DNA of 64,000 nucleotides from Clostridia bacterium (GTDB lineage Bacteria; Bacillota; Clostridia; HGM11514): contig JAZNAU010000038.1 of assembly GCA_045586685.1 (NCBI GenBank), positions 66,130 through 130,129 on the forward strand. The letters are read 5' to 3'. Of this stretch, positions 40,739 to 51,900 are shown piece after piece. The stretch's first letter is position 1. Each line of letters begins with the position of its first letter. The position numbers and the translations under genes were made by a program. The notes under the pieces were generated by a model, which saw only the letters and a list, made by a program, of their open reading frames with translations, was not told the origin of the DNA and did not search any database.

Positions 40739-40899
40739 AAAGCTCTCTCCTTTTTCCTGTCAAGTTTGACAGTTTTTTTAAATTATACCATTGATAAACT
40801 GAAAAAACCTTCGAAAATTTGCTTTTTTGTCTAAATTATCTATAATATTTTGCTCTTTCAAAAAATATGAAAAATCATTCTCAAATTTCTAAAAAAGGC

Positions 40900-40934
40900 T
40901 TGCATTTTTATTCGTTTTAGTGTATAATATTACA
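40900..40934 (+). promoter_or_regulatory. argD promoter overlapped by tandem ARG boxes
   Basis: TTGCAT-17-TATAAT; boxes TGCATTTTTATTCG (40901-40914) and TGTATAATATTACA (40921-40934). Confidence 0.65.
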
Positions 40935-40959
40935 CAACGACTATAGGGAGGTACAGAAG

Positions 40960-42144
40960 ATGGATTTAGCACAGATACAAGCCTTGGATCAACAGCATTT
41001 TATGAATGTGTTCGGTCCCAGAACACCTGTTTGTTTTACAAAAGGTGAAGGTGTATATTTATACGATACAAATGGCAAAAAATATATGGACTTGTTTGCG
41101 GGGATTGCCGTCAATGCTTTGGGATACAATCATCCTGTATGGACAAAGAAAATGTGCGATTATCTTAGGCAGGGAGTATTGCATACCTCTAATATTTATT
41201 ATGTAGAAACCCAAGCCAATCTTGCAAAAACCCTGACCGATTCCACCTGTGCAGACAAGGTTTATTTTGCAAACAGCGGTGCAGAGGCAAACGAGTGTGC
41301 CATTAAGCTTGCAAAGATTTATCAATACAAAAAAGGAAATACAGAAAAATATAAAATCATTACCCTGAATCATTCCTTTCACGGCAGAACTCTGACTACC
41401 GTTGCCGCAACGGGTCAACCCAAATATCAAGCTCCATACAAGCCTTTGACTCCTGGTTTTATGCACGCAGAGTTGAATGATTTTAATGGATTGCAAGCAC
41501 TTATTGACGGCTCTGTCTGTGCCATTATGTTAGAACCCATTCAAGGAGAAAGCGGTGTTCATCCGGCTGACAAAGAGTATTTAAAGAAGCTTCGTGCTCT
41601 CTGCGACGAAAATGATGTTTTGCTAATTTTTGACGAAGTTCAGACAGGGGTCGGACGGACAGGCTCTTTATATGCATACCAACAGTTTGATGTTGAGCCA
41701 GACATTTTCACCACCGCAAAAGCATTGGGGAACGGCATGCCTATCAGTGCTTGCTGCGCAAAGGATTTTGTCGCTTCTGCCTTCTCCCCCGGAGACCATG
41801 GCGGAACCTTCGGCGGAAACGGATTTGCTTGTTGCGCAGGACTTGCGGTACTGGAATGTATTGAACAGGAACACCTGCTGGACAACGCCAAAACCGTAGG
41901 TGCATACTTAAAAGAAAGTTTAGAAAGCATCAATTCCCCCCATATAATTGAAGTTCGGGGAATGGGCTTGATGCTGGGAATCGAAACTGATAATACCAAG
42001 ACCTATCAACAAAAACTGTTTGAGCAAGGGTACTTGGTAGGAACTGCAGGCGGTACGGCCCTTCGTTTGGTCCCCCCCTTGATTCTGACAAAAGAACAAG
42101 CCTCTGAATTTATTGCAGTATTTACTAAGATTATCAATGAATAA
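40960..42144 (+). CDS. argD: Acetylornithine aminotransferase
   Basis: NSGAEANE, SFHGRT, DEVQTG, AKALG; next to argF. Confidence 0.92.
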   Translation: MDLAQIQALDQQHFMNVFGPRTPVCFTKGEGVYLYDTNGKKYMDLFAGIAVNALGYNHPVWTKKMCDYLRQGVLHTSNIYYVETQANLAKTLTDSTCADKVYFANSGAEANECAIKLAKIYQYKKGNTEKYKIITLNHSFHGRTLTTVAATGQPKYQAPYKPLTPGFMHAELNDFNGLQALIDGSVCAIMLEPIQGESGVHPADKEYLKKLRALCDENDVLLIFDEVQTGVGRTGSLYAYQQFDVEPDIFTTAKALGNGMPISACCAKDFVASAFSPGDHGGTFGGNGFACCAGLAVLECIEQEHLLDNAKTVGAYLKESLESINSPHIIEVRGMGLMLGIETDNTKTYQQKLFEQGYLVGTAGGTALRLVPPLILTKEQASEFIAVFTKIINE

Positions 42145-42172
42145 ATATACATTTTTGAAATGAGGTTATCCA

Positions 42173-43093
42173 ATGAAACACTTATTATCCATTCATGACA
42201 TTACAACAGACGAAACCAAACAAATTTTATCTGTTGCACAGGACCTAAAGGAAAAACAAAAAAGAGGAATCCCCCACCCCATCTTAAAAAATAAAACATT
42301 AGGAATGATTTTTTCCAAATCGTCCACCAGAACAAGAGTTTCTTTTGAGGTGGGAATGTATCAACTGGGAGGTCATGCCCTCTTTTTATCCTCCAATGAC
42401 ATTCAATTAGGACGGGGAGAAACCATTTATGATACAGCAAACGTTCTTTCCCGTTATTTAGACGGCATTATGATCAGAACCTTTGAACAAAGTGATGTAG
42501 AGGATTTAGCAAAATTCGGCTCTATTCCCATTATCAATGGTCTGACAGACCTGTTGCATCCTTGTCAGGCTCTTACTGATATGCTGACCATTACCGAACA
42601 CAAGGGAAAACTGGAAGGGTTAAAACTTGCCTATTTGGGTGACGGAAATAACATGACCCACTCCCTTTTGTATGCAGGGGCAAAGCTGGGTGTGAACGTT
42701 TCTGTCGCAACACCAAAAGGTTTTGAATGTAACGAAGAAGTGATTGCAAATGCCAAAGAAGATGCGAAAAAGACAGGAGCTGTCATTGACATTTCCTACG
42801 ACCCTGTTCAGGCAATAAAAGATGCAGATGCAGTTTACACGGACACATGGCTCAGCATGGGACAGGAAGGCTCTAAAGAAGAACGGCTGAAGGTATTCAA
42901 AGATTATCAGATAAACAGTGCTCTCATGAAGCATGCCAAGGACGATGCCATCTTTTTACATTGTCTTCCCGCTTATCGCGGTTACGAGGTAACTGAAGAA
43001 GTCATTGACGGTCCCCGATCTGTTATTTTTGATGAAGCAGAAAACAGATTGCATACTCAAAAAGCAATTATGGCATTATTGATGGCTGACTAA
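42173..43093 (+). CDS. argF: Ornithine carbamoyltransferase
   Basis: STRTR, HPCQ, SMG, HCLP. Confidence 0.97.
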   Translation: MKHLLSIHDITTDETKQILSVAQDLKEKQKRGIPHPILKNKTLGMIFSKSSTRTRVSFEVGMYQLGGHALFLSSNDIQLGRGETIYDTANVLSRYLDGIMIRTFEQSDVEDLAKFGSIPIINGLTDLLHPCQALTDMLTITEHKGKLEGLKLAYLGDGNNMTHSLLYAGAKLGVNVSVATPKGFECNEEVIANAKEDAKKTGAVIDISYDPVQAIKDADAVYTDTWLSMGQEGSKEERLKVFKDYQINSALMKHAKDDAIFLHCLPAYRGYEVTEEVIDGPRSVIFDEAENRLHTQKAIMALLMAD

Positions 43094-43106
43094 GGAGGAA
43101 TTAACA

Positions 43107-43616
43107 TTGATTACAACTGACAAGGGGTTTCAAATCCGGCAAGCAGTTCCCGAAGATATTCCTTTTATCCTTGAAGTAACCAGAGAAGCATTTGAAAAAT
43201 ATGTTGAAATGGCAGGGATTGAAAATACAGAAGCGCTGAATGAAACGGAAGAGGATATTCTTTACGACATTGAAAATAAATATGTATTTGTTGCTTTCAT
43301 TGACGGGATTCCCGTTGGAAGTGTCCGTGTGGATATAAAAAATGACAAGACTGCATATTTAAGTCGTTTTGGTGTTCGTCTTGCTTTCCAGAGTAACGGA
43401 ATCGGTAAGGCTTTAATGAATGTGGTTGACCGCACTATGGTGGATGCCGGTGTTGAAAAAATAATTTTACATACCGCATCAACCGTTACCTCTTTGGTTC
43501 GGTTTTACTACGCAAGGGGATTTTATATTGACTCTACAACCAAGGATCGGGGCTATGTTCGGGCTCTGTTAGTAAAGGATTATACCAAGCCATTCAAAAA
43601 AGATCGAGTTTGGTAA
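43107..43616 (+). CDS. GNAT-family N-acetyltransferase
   Basis: FQSNGIGKAL motif A, FYYARGF; RBS TAAGGAGG, TTG start. Confidence 0.85.
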   Translation: MITTDKGFQIRQAVPEDIPFILEVTREAFEKYVEMAGIENTEALNETEEDILYDIENKYVFVAFIDGIPVGSVRVDIKNDKTAYLSRFGVRLAFQSNGIGKALMNVVDRTMVDAGVEKIILHTASTVTSLVRFYYARGFYIDSTTKDRGYVRALLVKDYTKPFKKDRVW

Positions 43617-43625
43617 AAATAATGC

Positions 43626-43654
43626 TTGACATTGTACAAGATATGGTGTATAAT
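43626..43654 (+). promoter_or_regulatory. sigma-A promoter of pflBA
   Basis: TTGACA-17-TATAAT. Confidence 0.85.
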
Positions 43655-43670
43655 TAAAACATAATACAAA

Positions 43671-43776
43671 GTCTTGTGCGACTGACGGAATTTTGTGGGG
43701 AACCACAAGGGAGCACAAGGCCTGTAGCAAGAATGAGCAAACATGCCCGGACTTGCTTAATGCCGACCGTCTGGGC
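43671..43776 (+). ncRNA. ZMP/ZTP (pfl) riboswitch
   Basis: GCGACTGACGGAA...GTGG-GGAA-CCAC.AGGGAGCAC...GCCGACCGTCTGGGC with GACGG/CCGTC pseudoknot; upstream of pflB. Confidence 0.92.
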
Positions 43777-43804
43777 AGATTCATTTTATGAGTCTGCTCT
43801 TTTT
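43774..43804 (+). terminator. Riboswitch expression-platform terminator
   Basis: gcagattcat-ttt-atgagtctgc plus T-run, overlapping the aptamer 3' end. Confidence 0.85.
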
Positions 43805-43826
43805 ATTTCAGAAAGGAGGAATTGCT

Positions 43827-46040
43827 ATGGATTTTAAATCAGGAATGTGGCAAAAAACCATAGATGTTCGTAATTTTATTCAAACAAATTATACACCCTA
43901 CGAAGGAGACTCTTCTTTTTTAACCGGTCCTACTTCCAGAACAAATGAGCTTCGGGAAAAACTGGATCAGCTGTTGCAGGAAGAACGGAATCGTGGCGGT
44001 GTATACGAAATCGATACTGAAACCGCTGCCTCTTTGACCACTTTCCCTCCCGGTTATCTGGACAAGGACAGGGAACTGATTGTAGGACTGCAGACAGATG
44101 CCCCGTTAAAGCGTGCGGTAAATCCTTTCGGAGGAATCCGTATGTGCCGTGATGCCTGTAAAAGTTACGGTAAGGAGCTGTCCCCTAAAATTGAAAGCGA
44201 ATTCAAATATCGAACTACCCATAACGACGGTGTATTCCGAGTTTATACCGATGAAATCAGAAAGGCAAGAAAAAGCGGAATTATCACGGGTTTGCCTGAT
44301 GCCTACGGCAGAGGAAGAATTATTGGGGATTACAGACGGGTTGCCCTGTATGGTGTTGACCAATTGATTGAAGAAAAAGAAAAGGACAATCGTGCACTTG
44401 CCAACCAACAGATGTCTGAAGAAAACATAAAATTACGGGAAGAAGTTTACCGTCAGATTGATTTTTTAAACAAACTGAAAGACATGGCTCTATCCTACGG
44501 ATATGACATCAGCCTTCCCGCAAAAGACACAAAAGAAGCCATTCAATGGCTGTATTTTGCATATCTTGCTGCAATTAAGGAACAAAACGGAGCAGCAATG
44601 TCATTGGGTCGTGTCAGCACCTTTCTTGACATTTATATGGAACGGGACTTCAAACGGGGCACTTTAACGGAAGAACAAGCACAGGAGCTGATGGATGATT
44701 TTGTTATGAAGCTTCGGATGGCTCGTCATCTGCGCACGCCCGCATATAACGAATTATTTGGCGGTGATCCCATGTGGATTACCGAGGCAGTAGGCGGAAT
44801 GGGAACAGACGGCAGAACCTTAGTTACCAAAAACTCTTTCCGTGTACTGAACACCCTTTATAACTTAGGTGCCGCACCAGAACCCAATCTGACTATTTTA
44901 TGGTCAAATGATCAGCCGGAAGGCTTTAGCCGATTCTGTGCGGAAATATCAATTAAAACCAACTCTGTTCAGTATGAAAATGACGACGTGATGCGTCCTC
45001 TCTATGGTGATGATTATGCCATTGCCTGCTGCGTATCCGCTATGCAAGTAGGAAAGCAAATGCAATTCTTCGGTGCAAGATGTAATTTACCAAAACTGCT
45101 TTTATTGGCATTGAACGGTGGAAAAGACCCTATGTCCGGCTTGGAAATGGGACCTCAGACCACTGTCTATGAGGATGAAATTTTAGATTATTACAAGGTC
45201 ATCAAGCGGTTTAACCAATATCGGGAATGGCTTTGCGAGCTGTACGTTTCAACCATGAACATTATTCATTGCATGCATGATAAATATGCCTATGAAAAAA
45301 TTCAGATGGCACTCCATGACACTCATGTTCATCGTTTCATGGCATTTGGTGTGGCAGGATTGTCTGTACTGGCTGATTCCTTGAGTGCAATCAAATATGC
45401 TCAGGTAAAAACAATCAGAAATGAAGAAGGTCAGATTGTTGATTTTGAAACCATTGGCGATTTTCCTAAATTCGGAAATGATGACGATAGAGTTGACTCT
45501 ATTGCAAAACAAATTACAGAAGAAATGATTGTGGAGCTGAGAAAGACTCCTACCTATCGGGATGCAGAACATACTCTTTCTGTTCTGACTATTACATCAA
45601 ATGTTGTGTACGGTAAAAAGACAGGAGCAACACCGGATGGAAGAAAGTCGGGAGAACCCTTTGCACCGGGTGCAAACCCTATGCACAATCGGGAAACAAA
45701 CGGGGCATTGGCTTCTTTGAATTCGGTTGCAAAATTACCATACACCGCTTGTCGTGACGGAATTTCCAATACATTTTCCATTGTCCCAGATTCTTTAGGA
45801 AAAACCCAAGAGGATCGTGTTTCCAATCTGGTTTCCGTCTTAAAGGGTTATTTTGCCAAAATGGCACATCATATTAACGTGAATGTGATGACGCGGGAAC
45901 AACTGGTAGAAGCTTATAATAACCCCTCGGCTTACCCCAATCTAACCATTCGGGTATCCGGCTATGCAGTCAATTTTCATAAACTGTCCAAGGAACAGCA
46001 AAGGGAAGTCATCAGCCGTACCTTCCATGAATCATTATGA
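43827..46040 (+). CDS. pflB: Pyruvate formate-lyase
   Basis: [28 protein letters not shown] glycyl-radical motif; start ATG 43827 after AGGAGG. Confidence 0.97.
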   Translation: MDFKSGMWQKTIDVRNFIQTNYTPYEGDSSFLTGPTSRTNELREKLDQLLQEERNRGGVYEIDTETAASLTTFPPGYLDKDRELIVGLQTDAPLKRAVNPFGGIRMCRDACKSYGKELSPKIESEFKYRTTHNDGVFRVYTDEIRKARKSGIITGLPDAYGRGRIIGDYRRVALYGVDQLIEEKEKDNRALANQQMSEENIKLREEVYRQIDFLNKLKDMALSYGYDISLPAKDTKEAIQWLYFAYLAAIKEQNGAAMSLGRVSTFLDIYMERDFKRGTLTEEQAQELMDDFVMKLRMARHLRTPAYNELFGGDPMWITEAVGGMGTDGRTLVTKNSFRVLNTLYNLGAAPEPNLTILWSNDQPEGFSRFCAEISIKTNSVQYENDDVMRPLYGDDYAIACCVSAMQVGKQMQFFGARCNLPKLLLLALNGGKDPMSGLEMGPQTTVYEDEILDYYKVIKRFNQYREWLCELYVSTMNIIHCMHDKYAYEKIQMALHDTHVHRFMAFGVAGLSVLADSLSAIKYAQVKTIRNEEGQIVDFETIGDFPKFGNDDDRVDSIAKQITEEMIVELRKTPTYRDAEHTLSVLTITSNVVYGKKTGATPDGRKSGEPFAPGANPMHNRETNGALASLNSVAKLPYTACRDGISNTFSIVPDSLGKTQEDRVSNLVSVLKGYFAKMAHHINVNVMTREQLVEAYNNPSAYPNLTIRVSGYAVNFHKLSKEQQREVISRTFHESL

Positions 46041-46732
46041 CGGGGAAAATTCACAGTGTTCAGTCATTGGGAACGTTAGACGGTCCGGGAGTTCGGTTTG
46101 TAGCTTTTTTACACGGATGTCACCTTCATTGCGGTTATTGCCATAATGTTGATGTATGTCACGGAAATTATACCGAATATTCCCCTCTTGAACTTGTAGA
46201 AAAGGCTATGCGGTATCAAGAATATTTTGGAAAAGAAGGCGGAATTACTTTGTCAGGCGGTGAACCCTTACTCCAAAGTGAATTTGTTGCAGATGCTTTT
46301 TCGCTTTGCAAAAAATTTGGAATTCACACGACTCTTGATACGTCAGGGAGCATTTGGAACGAGTCGGTCAATGACGTCCTTGACAACTGCGATTTGGTTC
46401 TATTAGACTTGAAAATGACGACGGAAGAAGACTATAAAAAATATATTGGATGTCCTCTTTCCGCTCCCCTTTCCTTTCTGGAAATACTGGAAGAAAGGAA
46501 CATCCCTTGTTGGATTCGTCATGTGGTTGTGGGAGGATTAAACGATTCAACAGAAAACATCAATGGGCTAAAAGCGCTTGTTCAAGGCAAGTCATGCGTT
46601 CAAAAAATTGAATTACTGCCCTTCCATAAAATGTGCGAAGCGAAATATAAAAACATGGGACTACCCTTTCCTTTTTCTCAGTTTACTGAACCAAGCAAAG
46701 AAGAAATGCAAAAATTAAATAATCTATTATAG
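46037..46732 (+). CDS. pflA: PFL-activating radical SAM enzyme
   Basis: [27 protein letters not shown]. Confidence 0.95.
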   Translation: MTGKIHSVQSLGTLDGPGVRFVAFLHGCHLHCGYCHNVDVCHGNYTEYSPLELVEKAMRYQEYFGKEGGITLSGGEPLLQSEFVADAFSLCKKFGIHTTLDTSGSIWNESVNDVLDNCDLVLLDLKMTTEEDYKKYIGCPLSAPLSFLEILEERNIPCWIRHVVVGGLNDSTENINGLKALVQGKSCVQKIELLPFHKMCEAKYKNMGLPFPFSQFTEPSKEEMQKLNNLL

Positions 46733-46733
46733 A

Positions 46734-46773
46734 AAAAAGGAGCCTCGATAAAGTGATTTACCGAAGCTCCTTC
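46734..46773. terminator. Terminator between the convergent pfl and pur-fhs operons
   Basis: aaggagc...gctcctt imperfect long stem. Confidence 0.6.
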
Positions 46774-46779
46774 ATTTTA

Positions 46780-47226
46780 TTATTTCATTTTTATTTTTGC
46801 AACAGCACGAATTAAAGGTTGTGCTCCTATTTTTTTCTTAAAAGGAATGTGAGCATCCTGTGGGAATACCACGCAAAAATATCCTTGTTCCAGAATCATG
46901 GAAATTCCGTTATCCCTATAAAATTCCACATCCTTTTGGGGATTATAAGGAGTTGTCACTCTCAATCCGTCAACATTGGCAAACCCAAATTCTTCCTTTC
47001 CGGATAAGAGATAATGAATATCAATAAAATCTTTATGGGCTTCAAATTCAGCAATCTCCGTTCTTTCTCTGGCAACACTTACATCAACCCATAAACGTCC
47101 TTCTTCAATAACTCTTTTGCCCAGAGGGGAGTCTTTATCAAGGGTTTTTAAAACTTCAAACACCTTTTTAAAATCATCATTAGAAAATCCGTACTGTTCA
47201 AAATTTTGAATATGATCCACTATCAT
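46780..47226 (-). CDS. YhcH/YjgK/YiaL (DUF386) family protein
   Basis: FEAHKDFIDIH, FPQDAH. Confidence 0.88.
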   Translation of the reverse strand: MIVDHIQNFEQYGFSNDDFKKVFEVLKTLDKDSPLGKRVIEEGRLWVDVSVARERTEIAEFEAHKDFIDIHYLLSGKEEFGFANVDGLRVTTPYNPQKDVEFYRDNGISMILEQGYFCVVFPQDAHIPFKKKIGAQPLIRAVAKIKMK

Positions 47227-47250
47227 TTCCTGTCCTCTTTTCCATTTTAT

Positions 47251-48918
47251 TTAAAATAATCCGCTGATGACACCCTGTTCATTCACATCAATCCGTTCAG
47301 CAGCAGGAATTTTAGGAAGACCTGGCATGGTCATAATATCTCCGGTCAATACAACCAGAAAGCCCGCTCCGGCAGACACCTTAACGTTACGAACTGTAAC
47401 TGTAAAGTCATCCGGTGCACCCAGCTTTGTCTGATCGTCTGAAAAACTATATTGAGTTTTTGCGATACAGATAGGTAATTTATCGAATCCCAATTTTGTT
47501 AAGGAATCAATTTGTTTTTGTGCGGTAGGGGTAATATTGATACCATCACCACCATACACCTTTTTCACAACTGCCTCAATTTTTTCGGGAATAGATTGGT
47601 CGAGTGAATAGCTGAAGGAAAAATCGTTGGCTTGTTCACAAAGGCGAACCACCTCTTCTGCAAGTTCCATTCCTCCTTTTCCACCTTCTGCCCATACATT
47701 GGATAATACCACGTTGACACCAAGCTTGTTACACTCATCAATCAATAACTGTACTTCTGCATCCGTATCTGTAGGGAAACGGTTCACAGCTACCACGGAA
47801 GGTAAGCGATATACTTCTTTAATATTGGAAACATGCCGAAGAAGATTAGGAACGCCCTTTTTCAAAGCCTCTAAATTTTCTTCCCCAAGTTCAGTTTTTG
47901 CAAGCCCGCCATGCATTTTAAGAGCACGAATGGTTGCTACAATTACAACTGCAGAAGGCTGCAAACCGGCAACACGGCACTTAATATCCAAAAATTTCTG
48001 AGCACCAAGGTCCGCACCAAAGCCCGCTTCCGTCACCACATAATCCCCTAATTTTAACGCCAGTTTTGTTGCCATTACCGAATTACAACCATGAGCAATA
48101 TTAGCAAAGGGGCCTCCGTGAACAAAGGCAGGAGTTCCTTCCAACGTCTGAACCAGATTGGGCTTAATAGCATCCTTTAACAGAGCCATCATTGCACCTT
48201 GTGCTTTCAAATCTCCCGCTGTCACGGGGGTATCATCATAAGTATAGCCAACAATAATTTTTGAAAGCCGTTCTTTTAGGTCAGTAACCGAAGATGCCAA
48301 ACAAAGCACTGCCATAATTTCAGATGCAACGGTAATGTCATATCCATCCTCTCTTGGAACACCATTGACCTTACCCCCAAGTCCGTCAACCACAAAACGG
48401 AGCTGTCTGTCATTCATATCCACACAGCGTTTCCATGTGATCTTCCGAGGGTCAATATTCAAAGCATTTCCCTGATAAATATGATTATCAAGCATGGCAG
48501 CAAGAAGATTATTCGCAGCACCGATGGCATGAAAATCACCGGTAAAATGAAGATTGATATCCTCCATTGGGACTACCTGAGCATAACCGCCCCCAGCTGC
48601 CCCGCCTTTTACCCCGAACACAGGGCCAAGAGATGGCTCTCTCAGGGCAACAATCACGTTTTTCCCGATTCGTTTCATTCCGTCCGCCAGACCAATGGTG
48701 GTAGTGGTTTTTCCTTCCCCTGCAGGAGTGGGGGTAATAGCAGTAACCAAAATCAGTTTTCCGTTGCCCTTTTTTCCCTCTTTTAGAAGAGATAAATCCA
48801 CCTTCGCTTTATATCTTCCGTATTGCTCTAAGTGTTCTTCCGAAATAGGAATTTGTTTGGCTATTTCCGTAATGGGTTTCATCGTCACACTTTGGGCAAT
48901 TTCGATATCGCTTTTCAC
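47251..48918 (-). CDS. fhs: Formate--tetrahydrofolate ligase
   Basis: [35 protein letters not shown]. Confidence 0.98.
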   Translation of the reverse strand: MKSDIEIAQSVTMKPITEIAKQIPISEEHLEQYGRYKAKVDLSLLKEGKKGNGKLILVTAITPTPAGEGKTTTTIGLADGMKRIGKNVIVALREPSLGPVFGVKGGAAGGGYAQVVPMEDINLHFTGDFHAIGAANNLLAAMLDNHIYQGNALNIDPRKITWKRCVDMNDRQLRFVVDGLGGKVNGVPREDGYDITVASEIMAVLCLASSVTDLKERLSKIIVGYTYDDTPVTAGDLKAQGAMMALLKDAIKPNLVQTLEGTPAFVHGGPFANIAHGCNSVMATKLALKLGDYVVTEAGFGADLGAQKFLDIKCRVAGLQPSAVVIVATIRALKMHGGLAKTELGEENLEALKKGVPNLLRHVSNIKEVYRLPSVVAVNRFPTDTDAEVQLLIDECNKLGVNVVLSNVWAEGGKGGMELAEEVVRLCEQANDFSFSYSLDQSIPEKIEAVVKKVYGGDGINITPTAQKQIDSLTKLGFDKLPICIAKTQYSFSDDQTKLGAPDDFTVTVRNVKVSAGAGFLVVLTGDIMTMPGLPKIPAAERIDVNEQGVISGLF

Positions 48919-48931
48919 TTTCCCTCACCTC

Positions 48932-51900
48932 TTATAAAAAGTATTTCACAGCAGCTGCAAACATACCCATGTCATAATTTCCGGGAACATTCTGATACAA
49001 GCCAGTTCCGATTCTTTCAGAGTGACCCATTTTACCGAACACTCTGCCGTCAGGAGAGGTGATTCCTTCAATAGCATACATAGAACCATTGGGATTAAAC
49101 TGCACCTGACTGCTTGGATTTCCATTATCATCCACATACTGGGTCGCAACCTGACCATTTTGAATCAGTTGTTCAATCAGTTCTTTTTCTCCAATGAAAC
49201 GGCCTTCCCCATGAGAAATGGGCACCGTATAAATATCACCTACATTGGTATTGGCAAGCCAAGGAGAAAGATTAGAGGTAATTTTCGTCCGCACCTGTTT
49301 GGATTGGTGGCGGCCAATCACGTTATAGGTTAAGGTAGGACAATGCTCATCAGGCTCTAAAATTCTGCCGTAAGGCACCAACCCCAATTTGATCAATGCC
49401 TGGAATCCATTACAGATACCGCACATCAAACCGTCACGGTTATCAAGTAAATCTGTTACCGCTTCTTTGACTTCCTGATTTCTAAAAAATGCAGTAATAA
49501 ATTTACCGGAACCATCAGGCTCGTCACCGCCGGAAAATCCGCCGGGAATAAAAATCATTTGAGCCTCCTCTACTTTCTTTGCAAAGTAGGAAACAGATTC
49601 AGCAATTCCTTTAGAGGACAGGTTGTTAATCACAATAATTTCAGGTTCAGCACCACCATCGGACAATGCTTTCGCAGTATCAAATTCACAGTTGGTTCCA
49701 GGAAATACCGGAATCAGAACCTTCGGTTTTGCAACTTTAATCTTGGGTGCAACGCGACTTTCAACTTGATACGAAACAGTAGGAATATTTGATTCTTCCT
49801 GTTTAATATTACAAGAAAATACCGATTCTAATTTATTTTCATATATTTCAGATAATTCTTGTAGGGTTACACTTTCCCCGCCGTATGTGATTTCAGCCCT
49901 TTGTGTAGTGGTACCAACAACCAATGCCTCGTCACATTCCTCTGTTACTTCCAACAGGAAGGAGCCGTAAGAATAACCAAACAATTCCTCCGTTGTAATA
50001 CCGTCAGCAAAAGTAAAGCCAATACCATTCCCCATAGCCATCTTCAGAATAGCCTCTGCAACACCGCCGTAGGTGGGAGTGTAACAAGCCTTTACTATGC
50101 CCTGACGCATTAAATCTGTGACCATATGATAAACATTTTTTAAAGATGCAGTGACAGGCAGACCGTTTTCGTCAATTTCAGGCTTTAACCAGATAACCTG
50201 ATTGCCCGCTTCCTTCAATTCAGGAGAAATAACATCACTTGTTTTTCCTGTGGTGACCGCAAAGGACACAAGGGTAGGTGGAACATCAAGCTTTTCAAAG
50301 CTTCCGCTCATGGAGTCTTTTCCGCCGATTGCGGCAATTTCCAGTTCCATTTGTGCTTTAAATGCACCAAGCAGTGCAGACAAAGGTTTTCCCCATCGTT
50401 TTGCATCCTTCATAGGCTTTTCAAAATATTCCTGGAAGGTTAAATATACATCCTTAAACTCGGCACCTGCTGCAATCAGTTTAGATACCGATTCAATCAC
50501 TGCAAGGTAGGCTCCGTGATAAGGACTTTTTTCTGAAATAAAGGGATTGTAACCCCAGGACATAAAGGAGCAAGTATCCGTATGCTGTTTTTCAACAGAA
50601 ACCTTATGCACCATTGTCTGAATAGGAGTTCTCTGATACCTTCCGCCAAAGGGCATGAGCACTGTTCCTGCCCCGATCGTGGAGTCAAACCGTTCGCTAA
50701 GTCCCCTCTTAGAGCAAACGTTCAAATCCCCCGCTAACGCTTTCATCTGACCGGAGAAATCATCAGAAATTTCTTTTTCATAGTGTTCAGGTTTTGCCGC
50801 TGTTACAGTAATGTGTTTTTCGGCCCCATTGGAATTTAAAAATTCACGAGACAGATTCACAATTTCTACTCCATTCCAGTTCATCACAAGTCTTGGTTCC
50901 TCTGTTACAACAGCAACAACGGTCGATTCTAAGTTTTCACCGTCAGCTAACTGGCAAAAGCGCTTTGCATCTTTTTCCGCTACAACAACAGCCATTCTTT
51001 CCTGAGATTCACTGATCGCAAGCTCAGTTCCGTCCAGTCCTTCATACTTTTTGGGGACTGCATTCAAATCAATTCGAATCCCATCTGCCAATTCGCCGAT
51101 TGCAACAGAAACACCGCCTGCACCAAAGTCGTTACAACGCTTTATCAACAAAGAAGCTTCTTCGTTACGGAACAATCGTTGCAATTTTCTTTCCTCGGGC
51201 GCATTTCCCTTCTGCACTTCTGCACCGCAGCTTTCTAAGGATTCCAAGGTATGAGATTTGGAAGACCCTGTTGCACCGCCGCAACCGTCACGCCCCGTTT
51301 TGCCGCCTAACAAAATGACAACATCCCCATCCTGAGGGCATTCACGGCGAACGTTCTTGGCGGGAGCCGCCGCAATCACTGCACCGATTTCCATTCTCTT
51401 TGCCGCATAACCGGGATGATACAATTCATCAACCTGACCGGTAGCAAGACCAATCTGATTTCCGTAAGAACTGTACCCCGCTGCCGCAGTGGTAACAATC
51501 TTTCTTTGAGGGAGCTTTCCTTCCATGGTTTCGGAAACAGGCTTTAGGGGGTCAGCCGCACCTGTTACACGCATGGCGGCATACACATAAGACCGACCGG
51601 ACAAGGGGTCGCGGATTGCACCGCCGATACAGGTTGCCGCACCGCCAAAGGGCTCAATTTCTGTAGGATGATTGTGAGTTTCGTTTTTAAAGAGCAACAA
51701 CCAATCCTGTTCTTCCCCTTCTACATTCACTTTAATTTTAACGGTACAAGCATTGATTTCTTCAGATTCATCAAGGCCGTCCAGTTTCCCCTGCTGTTTT
51801 AAATATTTTCCTGCCAGAGTACCCAAATCCATTAAGTTGATAGGCTTGGTTCTGCCCAATTCCTGTCTGGTCTGTAAATATTCTTCAAAGGTTTTTTGCA

